A stretch of DNA of 32,000 nt from Candidatus Electrothrix yaqonensis. GTDB taxonomy: Bacteria; Desulfobacterota; Desulfobulbia; Desulfobulbales; Desulfobulbaceae. Under the pieces are notes generated by a model that was given only the letters and a program-made list of their open reading frames with translations, did not search any database and had not been told where the DNA came from. The DNA lies in NCBI GenBank assembly GCA_047651235.1, contig CP178758.1:510001-542000 (forward strand), read 5' to 3'. Position 1 is the stretch's first letter. The number at the start of each line of letters is the position of its first letter. A program made the position numbers and the translations under genes. This document shows, piece by piece, positions 1 through 7,277 of the stretch.

Positions 1-1
1 G

Positions 2-3000
2 GCAGAGACCTCCATCACTGTGCCGGGCATAGAATGCGTGGTGGATACCGGCCTCGCCCGCATTGCCCATTATAATGTACGGGCCGGGACTACCCATCTG
101 CCGGTGGCCCGCGTTTCCCAGGCAAGTTGCGATCAACGGGCAGGCCGTTGCGGTCGGATCGGGCCGGGGCGTTGCATCCGCTTGTACAGCGAGGAGGATT
201 ACCTTGCCCGTGATGAGTTCACCTTACCCGATATCCAGCGTTCCAATCTGGCCGAGGTTATCTTGCAGATGCTCAGTCTTCGCCTGCCTGAGCCGCGCAA
301 TTTCCCCTTTATCGATCCACCTGCCCCCAGGGCGGTCAATGACGGCTTCCGTATTCTCCGGGAACTGGGCGCCCTTGATGGCGAGCACCGGCTCACCCGG
401 CAAGGCCGGATCATGGCTCGCCTGCCTCTGGACCCGCGTATTTCCCGGATGATCATCGAGGGTGCGGAGCTGGGTGTGCTCCGGGAAACCGCGATCATTG
501 CTGCGGCCCTGGCCATTCAGGATCCCCGTGTTCAACCGCCGGACAAGCTGGAAAAAGCCCGGCAGGCCCATCGGGCCTTTAACTATCCCGGCTCGGATGT
601 CATGACCCTGGTGAATATCTGGGATGCCTGTAGGGGCGAATCCCTGTGTTCGCCCGGATCATCTGATAAAAGGCAGACATGGGGATCTGCCCCTACACCG
701 TCCGCAGGGCAGCTCCGCCGCTTTTGCGAGGCCAATTTTTGCTCTTGGCAACGGATGCGGGAATGGTTTGATATCTACGAGCAGATTCTCCGTATCCTCA
801 GGCAGCATAAGGAGTTTGCCTCGGCCTTGGATTGTATGGATGAATCGGGTGAGGGGCCGGGAGATGCCACATCGGACCGTAGGGGCAGACCTATGTGTCT
901 GCCCAATATGTATAGGGCGAACACGCAGATTCGCCCCTACAGTCAATCGGATGATTCCACAGGGGCAAAGCAGGGTACAACGCAGGCACCCCCTACCGCC
1001 CCAGCTCTGGTCCATCAGGCCCTGACCGCAGGTTTCCTCCGCAACATCGCCCTGCGCAAGGAAAAGAATACCTACCAGATCAGCGGCAACCGGGAGGCCA
1101 TGCTCTTTCCCGGTTCCGGCCTCTATAACAAGGGCGGACAGTGGATCGTGGCAGCGGATTTTGTCCACACCTCGCAGCTCTTTGCCCGCATGGCCGCCAC
1201 GATAGAGGTAGACTGGCTGGAACGTCTGGGTGGCGACCTGTGCAAGCGTTCGTATTCCGATCCACATTGGCAGAAAAAGTCCGGCCAGGTCACGGCCCTG
1301 GAAAAGGTGACCCTGTTCGGCCTGGTCATTGCCGCAGACCGGCGGGTGAACTACGGTCTTCTTAGCAAGAAGACAGCGGAGGAGGCCAAGGATATCTTTA
1401 TTCGGGAGGCCTTAATCCCTGGCGAACTCAGGGGGAAATATCCCTTTCTCGAACATAACCTGGCCCTGGTCCGGCAGCAGGAAGAGCTGGAGGAACGTCT
1501 GCGCAGGCGCGGTATCATGACTGATGAGCAGGTGCTGCACGACTTCTACGATCAGCGTCTGGGGCTGGTGTACGATCGTTTTACCCTCAATCGCTTTCTC
1601 AGCAAGAAGCGGAAACAGGTGAAGTCTGGTGAAAAGGCGGACGGCTTTCTTTGGATGACAGAAAAGGATCTCCGGCAAAGCCAACCGGAAAGTGATGAGC
1701 TGTATCGCTTTCCGAAAACCCTGACCAGTCCCCAGGGCGAGCTGCGCCTCCATTATGTCTTTCGCCCCGGCAAAGAGGAGGACGGTGTGACCGTGGATAT
1801 CCCGGCTTCCTGCTGCCCGCCCCTGTCACCGAACCTGTTTGAGTGGCTGGTGCCCGGTCTGCTGGAAGAAAAGGTGGTGGCCCTGCTCAAGGGCTTGCCC
1901 AAACGTCTGCGCAGGCTCTTTGTTCCCCTGCCGGAAACAGCGGCCCAGCTCATGGACGGCCTGGATCTCTATCAGGGCTCTTTGTACCCGGCCTTGGAGC
2001 GTCTTCTCCTCCGTCGCTTCCAGGTCACCATAACACGGGCGGATTGGCAGTTGGACAATCTCCCGCTCCATCTTCGCATGCGTTTTCGTCTCTGCGATGA
2101 GCAGGGAAAGGCCCTGCATTATACGCGTGATTTCCAAGAACTTGCCCGGCATTGCAACCCGGTTCAGCAGGCAATCCAGGGAGGGCAGGGGAGCAAGGCC
2201 GAAGACCTGCCTATCAGAAAGGATATCCAGTCCTGGGATTTTGCCGAGGCTCCGCAGCCCCTGCCGGTACGGGATCAACAGAACCGGGTGACGGGTCTCT
2301 ACTATCCGGCCTTGCTTCTGGAACAGGGCAAGGGGCCGGAGCAGCAGCTCTGCCTGAAGTACATCGCTGATGCCGCGCAAGCCCAAGCGCAGAATAAGGA
2401 AGGACTTCGTTTTTTGTATAGCAAGGTCTTTAATAAGGAACTCAAAATTATAACCAAGGAGTGTAAGGCTGCGGTATCCGGCCATACTGCCTCCTGGCTG
2501 GCCCTGGGCCTCAAGGCCGGGGCCGGAGAGACCAAGACCCTGCTGCTGCACTGCATCCTGGACGATCTCTTTCAGATTGACGGGGAACTGCCGGATAAGA
2601 CCAGTTTTGAGCAGGTTATGCAGGAGCTCCGCAGCCAGGGGATAACCCGGCTGGCACGGGAGCAGCTTCATCAGGTATTGGAACTGCTGGCGGAACGCCG
2701 CAAGACCCAGGTTGCCCTCACCCAGAGCAGACAGCGGGCTGGCAAGAGCCGGAGTGCAGATCAGGCCCGGTTTGTCGAGTATCAGGAGCTCCTTGAGCGA
2801 TTGGTTCCTGCGGGTTTTCTTGCTCACTTTGCGCCTTCAGAGGCGGGTAACAGGAAACGTTGGTTGCAGGCTCTGGCAAAACGAATAGAACGGGCAGAGC
2901 ATAGTCCGCATAAGGATGCGGACAAGGCGAAACGGGTTCAGCCCTTTGCCGAACATCTGCGTCAGCTGGAAAGAAAAGAGGCGGAGCAGAAGGCCGGTGG

Positions 3001-3169
3001 AAGCATTGCCCTCCCGTGCCGGGAGGCCGTGGCACTGTATCGCCGGATGGTGGAGGAATTTCGTGTCTCGGTCTTTGCCCCGGAGATCGGTACGGCCATG
3101 CCGGTCTCAGAGAAACGCTTGAAGCAGCAGTGGCAGCTTGTGGAGGAGAGCTGCAGGAGGGTGGAGTGA
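2..3169 (+). CDS. hrpA: ATP-dependent RNA helicase HrpA, C-terminal ~1055 aa (5' end lies off-window)
   Basis: The ORF is open to the window edge (codons AETSIT precede the listed start). The translation follows E. coli HrpA by eye, from AETS(I/L)TVPGI through the HA2/OB region (LFPGSGL, SDPHWQKKSGQV, DGVTVDIP, LPKRLRRLFVP) to the C-terminal EEFRVSVFAPEIGT. It carries two REP-derived in-frame insertions, listed separately. Confidence 0.9.
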   Translation, partial: AETSITVPGIECVVDTGLARIAHYNVRAGTTHLPVARVSQASCDQRAGRCGRIGPGRCIRLYSEEDYLARDEFTLPDIQRSNLAEVILQMLSLRLPEPRNFPFIDPPAPRAVNDGFRILRELGALDGEHRLTRQGRIMARLPLDPRISRMIIEGAELGVLRETAIIAAALAIQDPRVQPPDKLEKARQAHRAFNYPGSDVMTLVNIWDACRGESLCSPGSSDKRQTWGSAPTPSAGQLRRFCEANFCSWQRMREWFDIYEQILRILRQHKEFASALDCMDESGEGPGDATSDRRGRPMCLPNMYRANTQIRPYSQSDDSTGAKQGTTQAPPTAPALVHQALTAGFLRNIALRKEKNTYQISGNREAMLFPGSGLYNKGGQWIVAADFVHTSQLFARMAATIEVDWLERLGGDLCKRSYSDPHWQKKSGQVTALEKVTLFGLVIAADRRVNYGLLSKKTAEEAKDIFIREALIPGELRGKYPFLEHNLALVRQQEELEERLRRRGIMTDEQVLHDFYDQRLGLVYDRFTLNRFLSKKRKQVKSGEKADGFLWMTEKDLRQSQPESDELYRFPKTLTSPQGELRLHYVFRPGKEEDGVTVDIPASCCPPLSPNLFEWLVPGLLEEKVVALLKGLPKRLRRLFVPLPETAAQLMDGLDLYQGSLYPALERLLLRRFQVTITRADWQLDNLPLHLRMRFRLCDEQGKALHYTRDFQELARHCNPVQQAIQGGQGSKAEDLPIRKDIQSWDFAEAPQPLPVRDQQNRVTGLYYPALLLEQGKGPEQQLCLKYIADAAQAQAQNKEGLRFLYSKVFNKELKIITKECKAAVSGHTASWLALGLKAGAGETKTLLLHCILDDLFQIDGELPDKTSFEQVMQELRSQGITRLAREQLHQVLELLAERRKTQVALTQSRQRAGKSRSADQARFVEYQELLERLVPAGFLAHFAPSEAGNRKRWLQALAKRIERAEHSPHKDADKAKRVQPFAEHLRQLERKEAEQKAGGSIALPCREAVALYRRMVEEFRVSVFAPEIGTAMPVSEKRLKQQWQLVEESCRRVE
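630..696. repeat. REP inverted doublet (REPIN-like) inside hrpA coding sequence
   Basis: gtaggggcgaatccctgtgttcgccc (630-655) and ggcagacatggggatctgcccctac (672-696) are two hairpin units in inverted orientation. Each has a GTAGGGGC head and a self-complementary stem (gggcgaa/ttcgccc and ggcaga/tctgcc). Translated in frame as ...CRGESLCSPGSSDKRQTWGSAPTPS... Confidence 0.8.
879..940. repeat. REP inverted doublet (REPIN-like) inside hrpA coding sequence
   Basis: gtaggggcagacctatgtgtctgccc (879-904) is identical to the 26-mer at 30806-30831. It is paired with gggcgaacacgcagattcgcccctac (915-940) in inverted orientation. Translated in frame as ...RRGRPMCLPNMYRANTQIRPYS... Confidence 0.85.
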
Positions 3170-3396
3170 GGGGCGGCAGATGCGAACAAAGCGGACAACC
3201 TGGTACAGATATCCCGGATCGGTTTTGGTTCGGAATTTTTTCATTGTATCATAAATAAAATTGCGCCGGACGAGTTGAAAAAATTGTTTCTGTTCGATGG
3301 CAGTAAAAAAAATTTTACAAACTCTGCTGAAACCGCTATCCTTCTATTAAGGTATGTTTTGCGAGTAATTATTACATTAGACAGGAGGAAGGACAG

Positions 3397-3789
3397 ATGA
3401 CACAACGTAGGCAAATAAAGATAATGAAACTTATTCCGGCGATAGCTGTGGCTGTTTTGATGGGTGCTGCTGATAATGCGGATGCAGTTAATATTAATAT
3501 AACGATAAATACCCCTGACATTCCAGGAGATATCAATCGCCTTGAAAACGGCCCCATTAAGCCGCCTGCTCTCCCTATACAGCAATATGCTCAGGATCGA
3601 TATAACAACCGTGCTGAAAAAGCTACTGTTATGGCAACCAAACTGGATGTTACCAACAGGCCGCCAGAGATGGTATTTGCAATGGATAACTTGATGTCTG
3701 CAACAGTTAAACAAGCTATAAAAGGTACTCTGAAACCGCAATTTCAACAGGATATAGCGAAGGATATCCAGACCCGTATTTTACCCTGA
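3397..3789 (+). CDS. small hypothetical secreted protein (130 aa)
   Basis: Strong SD (aggaggaagg) sits 6 nt upstream of the ATG. The N-terminus has a signal-peptide-like segment (MKLIPAIAVAVLMGAADNADA). The segment is visibly AT-rich, and the antisense 168-aa ORF looks like junk. No family recognised. Confidence 0.5.
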   Translation: MTQRRQIKIMKLIPAIAVAVLMGAADNADAVNINITINTPDIPGDINRLENGPIKPPALPIQQYAQDRYNNRAEKATVMATKLDVTNRPPEMVFAMDNLMSATVKQAIKGTLKPQFQQDIAKDIQTRILP

Positions 3790-3939
3790 AAAACGAACAG
3801 GTTAAAACATTACTCCAGGATTCCTGCAAATCTGATGGGGCTTACAGGAATCCTGTCATATACACAAGGATATTGCCTCGTTTCTGCGAATGACAATTTC
3901 GCAGTCTTCTCTCCTTGACTTCCCCCCTTCCCTTAACTA

Positions 3940-4115
3940 AAGTACCACCTGCTTTCAGGTGTCCGTTTGACCACGGATGAAAAGGGAACCCGGTGTGAAT
4001 CCGGGACGGGCCCGCCGCTGTAACCGGGGACGAATCCGCATGATGTCACTGTCTGTTGTGCAGACGGGAAGGCGCGGAGGAGGATGAGCCGGGAGTCAGA
4101 AAACCTGCCTGAGAA
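3940..4115 (+). promoter_or_regulatory. cobalamin (B12) riboswitch aptamer
   Basis: Conserved core strings are present: gaaaagggaacccggtgtgaatccgggacgggcccgccgctgtaaccgggga, gtcactg...gggaaggcg, and a B12-box-like gccgggagtcagaaaacctgcc. It lies directly upstream of cbiK. Boundaries are approximate. Confidence 0.85.
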
Positions 4116-4176
4116 AATATGTTCAGCCTCCTCGGCAAAGGGGCGGACAAAGCGGACATCTGGGTACAGAAGGGAT

Positions 4177-4217
4177 ATCCCGGATCAATTTGTATGAATT
4201 GGTCCGGGATTTTTTTT
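4177..4217 (+). terminator. intrinsic terminator hairpin, probable riboswitch expression platform
   Basis: atcccgga (4177-4184) pairs with tccgggat (4203-4210) and is followed by a run of T through 4217. It sits between the aptamer and the cbiK RBS. Confidence 0.6.
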
Positions 4218-4272
4218 GATGCCCGCCGCATCAGCGTATCAGCTCCCGGACCGGAACCAAAGGAGGTATCCT

Positions 4273-5274
4273 ATGCAGTTGCGTTCTGTTGTTCGGTTTT
4301 TTGTTATTTTCGTTCTTGTGTTGATCAGCGCAACAACTGTCTGTGCAAGTGAGGGGTGGAAGGTGGAGCATAAAAACGCCATTGTTCTTGCCATGTTCGG
4401 TACAACGGTAGAGCCAGCCCTGCAGGGGCTGCTCAACATCCGCGCCAAAATGATGGAAAAATTTCCGGAGACCCCGGTGAAGATCGCCTTCACTTCCAAT
4501 ATTATCCGTAAAATATGGCAGAAGCGGGCTGATGATCCTGCCTACCGCAAGGCCCACCCGGAAATTCCGGAAGACGTACTCCACGTCAAAACCGTGCTGG
4601 CCACCATTGCCGACCTGCAGGATCAGGGCTATGACACCATTGTCCTCCAGCCCACCCATATTGCTATGGGCGAGGAATTTCTTGATCTCAGCACCTACGT
4701 GGACAGCCTTATGCGCATGGGCACGGTCAAAAAGAAAAAGTACAAGCCGTTCCATAAAGTGGTGCTGGGCCGGCCTGCCCTGGGCACCTATGGACTGGCC
4801 CATCCCTATGCCGAAGATGTGACGGCTGCCGCTGAGGCACTGGCTGCTGACGCGAAAATGGCGGCAGAGGAAAGGGCGGCGCTGGTCTACATGGGCCACG
4901 GCAATGAACATTTTCCGTCAGGAGGTTCGTATCTTGAACTGGCCGACCGGATGCGGGAGCTGTATCCGGAGGTGGTGACCCTGATCGGCAATGTGGAGGG
5001 ATTTCCCTCGCTTGAGGATGTGATGGACAAGCTGAAGCTGCGCGGTGTGAAAAAGGTGCTGCTCAAACCCTGCATGGTGGTGGCCGGAGATCATGCCATG
5101 AATGATATGGCGGGAACAGACCCGGAAGAGCCGTCTTGGCAGATGCTGCTGGAAAAGGAAGGTTTTGAGGTTGTGCCGGTGAAACGCGGTCTTGGCGAAT
5201 CGGATGCCTTTGCGGAAATTTTTGTCAACCATGCCGCTGATGCTGCCGCAGATGCGGAGATTGTGCTGAAGTAG
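4273..5274 (+). CDS. cbiK: sirohydrochlorin cobaltochelatase CbiK family, with N-terminal signal peptide (periplasmic CbiK-P type)
   Basis: Start chosen at ATG 4273, behind the RBS aaaggagg. The N-terminus MQLRSVVRFFVIFVLVLISATTVCASE looks like a signal peptide. The body (AIVLAMFGTT..., VLQPTHIAMGEEF, LVYMGHGNEH, LKPCMVVAGDHA) matches the CbiK/anaerobic chelatase pattern. Confidence 0.8.
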   Translation: MQLRSVVRFFVIFVLVLISATTVCASEGWKVEHKNAIVLAMFGTTVEPALQGLLNIRAKMMEKFPETPVKIAFTSNIIRKIWQKRADDPAYRKAHPEIPEDVLHVKTVLATIADLQDQGYDTIVLQPTHIAMGEEFLDLSTYVDSLMRMGTVKKKKYKPFHKVVLGRPALGTYGLAHPYAEDVTAAAEALAADAKMAAEERAALVYMGHGNEHFPSGGSYLELADRMRELYPEVVTLIGNVEGFPSLEDVMDKLKLRGVKKVLLKPCMVVAGDHAMNDMAGTDPEEPSWQMLLEKEGFEVVPVKRGLGESDAFAEIFVNHAADAAADAEIVLK

Positions 5275-5314
5275 AAAGATACGGCACAGATTATCGGGAA
5301 GCCTTGGGTTTTAC

Positions 5315-5336
5315 ATCCCGCCCTAAAGGGCGGGAT
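5315..5336. terminator. GC hairpin between convergent cbiK and VWA genes (weak terminator candidate)
   Basis: atcccgccc-taaa-gggcgggat is a perfect 9-bp stem. The flanking T-runs are poor on both strands. Confidence 0.3.
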
Positions 5337-5370
5337 AATTTGGTGTCATTCTGAACCAGAAGACTCCTGT

Positions 5371-6825
5371 CTATTGAGCAGCAGTGGCATCATACAGCTG
5401 ACCGTCGTCAGGACTGTCGCACCCGTCATGCTGATCGTGCGGTACAACTACCCTGACACTGCCTTCAGAAGTACATCCTCTGTCGTCACTGGCAGTAAAA
5501 CTGATCTCATAAACACGGCCATTGCCTGGTCCCATCCGTTCAGCCCTGATGCCGGCAGTATCTGTTCCCACACCATAGGCATCCGGTGCATGATTTTTTC
5601 CACCTGAACCTTGAGCATCGACAGGCTCATCACTGGTGATCGATGTGATTTCAACGCCAACCTCGTCGCCATCCGGATCAGTGATACCTTCTATTGAGAT
5701 ATCGGTGAACTTATGATTCGGCGGCCAGAGACACTCTATACTCGCATGAGCTCCCATTACCTGCGGAGGTGCATTGACGTCAATATATGCCTGGGGTATA
5801 TCTACGGCTCCTGGATTTTCTCCTTCCGCATCCGTATAATGCACCTGTGCCGCTCCCATAACATCAACGCCCAGGTTGTTACCGGACTGATTGCTCGTGG
5901 CATTGAAGGACAGGGTAACCGTTTCATCGGCGGACAAATCAGCATCCGCGTCGTTAATCCCGATGTTGTTCCAGACAATTGTTGTACGCTGATTAACAGG
6001 ATCAATGAAGATAGAGTCAGGTGCTATATTGAAAGACCCTTGATCTACCAGCATGTGCCCCTGCACCACCTCTTCAACGTTCACGTTGTGCGGAACAGTG
6101 TTGATAATCAACTCATCAAAGATGGCATCAAAGATGCTCTGAAGATTGTCTGCTGTAGGAGCAGAAAAAAATTGCCCTCCCGTTGCATTAGCCATATCCT
6201 GCAGAGGACCAGCATCGGCATTTCCTAAACCGATGGAATAAATTATATATCCCTTAGCGGCGGCGGCATCAGCCGGAGAACCAGGACTGCCTGAAGGTGT
6301 GTAAGCACCATCCCCATCTGTAAGAAAAATAATCACATGGGTAGCATTTGCCTGTTTACCGCTATCCAGAAGGGATATGGCCGCATTCAACCCTGCATTA
6401 AGGTTTGTGTTACCGCTGCTATCTACATCATCGATCTTGTCCCTTACTAAAAGGAAATCATTAGTTAAAGGTTGTGTGAAATCCACATTGCTATCCCAGC
6501 TGACAACACCGGCCTGATCTATGGAGTCATCCATTTTATCGACAAAATCCTTGGCAGCTTCTTTACGTTTATCGCTAGGGTCATTCCAGTCCATGCTGCC
6601 GGAACTGTCCAAGGCAAACACCACATCCATAGGTACGGTTTCTGAAAACTCCTCCCCTGCCCCGGTAACAGTCAGAGTTATCGTCGTTTCTTCACCTGCG
6701 CAGAGATCATCCGGCACTGCTGTTTTTGATACTTCAGGGGGGGCGGCGGCAGCCAAACTGTTGCCTGCTGCAGCAAATACAGCCAGAGCAACGCCAAATG
6801 ATATCGTCTTAATAATTGAAATCAT
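5371..6825 (-). CDS. secreted von Willebrand factor A (VWA) domain protein
   Basis: Signal peptide MISIIKTISFGVALAVFAAAGNSLAAA. MIDAS motif DSSGSM, followed by ...SGNTNLNAGL... and IIFLTDGDG. The C-terminal module reads LWPPNHK...ITSDEP...IRAERMGPGNGRVYEI...VVVPHDQ. Confidence 0.85.
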   Translation of the reverse strand: MISIIKTISFGVALAVFAAAGNSLAAAAPPEVSKTAVPDDLCAGEETTITLTVTGAGEEFSETVPMDVVFALDSSGSMDWNDPSDKRKEAAKDFVDKMDDSIDQAGVVSWDSNVDFTQPLTNDFLLVRDKIDDVDSSGNTNLNAGLNAAISLLDSGKQANATHVIIFLTDGDGAYTPSGSPGSPADAAAAKGYIIYSIGLGNADAGPLQDMANATGGQFFSAPTADNLQSIFDAIFDELIINTVPHNVNVEEVVQGHMLVDQGSFNIAPDSIFIDPVNQRTTIVWNNIGINDADADLSADETVTLSFNATSNQSGNNLGVDVMGAAQVHYTDAEGENPGAVDIPQAYIDVNAPPQVMGAHASIECLWPPNHKFTDISIEGITDPDGDEVGVEITSITSDEPVDAQGSGGKNHAPDAYGVGTDTAGIRAERMGPGNGRVYEISFTASDDRGCTSEGSVRVVVPHDQHDGCDSPDDGQLYDATAAQ

Positions 6826-7277
6826 TTTTTCCTCCTTTTTGGATATTTGTTTTCTTTGATATTGATACGCTATTTATACTTCCTGCTGAAAAAAGTTCCC
6901 CTTAGATATCACCTCCTTTTTAAAAGCAAAAATTTAACCTGCAGCTTTATTGTAAAAAACATTTATATACCTACCTTGTAGTAATAAATATTTTTTAAGT
7001 CAAGTGTTTTTTACAAAAAAATATTAAAGACCAGTAAAACCAAATAATAATAATGTTAATTATTACTGATACCAATTGATAGTAAGAACAAGGCGCGATA
7101 GTGAACATCTTGAAATATTCTTTTGTTAATTAAATTGACACGCTGAACGGTCGCGCAATTATTTAATTTTTTATTACCACTCTAATAAACATTCAAGTTG
7201 CAGTGTATATGACTGTAGGGTATGTTTTGTATGCTTTTAGATAGTGGACTTCCTGAACTGTATTCCCTGAAATCACC

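Noticed and set aside
1826-2827. 333-aa ORF on the minus strand, plus other ORFs overlapping 63-3258.
   Set aside because: All overlap hrpA, whose frame matches a known protein end to end.
4138-4170. REP-like string ggggcggacaaagcggacatctgggtac downstream of the riboswitch aptamer.
   Set aside because: The two halves are not complementary and the GTAGGGGC head is missing. At most it is an eroded copy, and more likely part of the riboswitch expression platform.
4231-4911. 226-aa ORF on the minus strand.
   Set aside because: It is antisense to cbiK and has no motifs.
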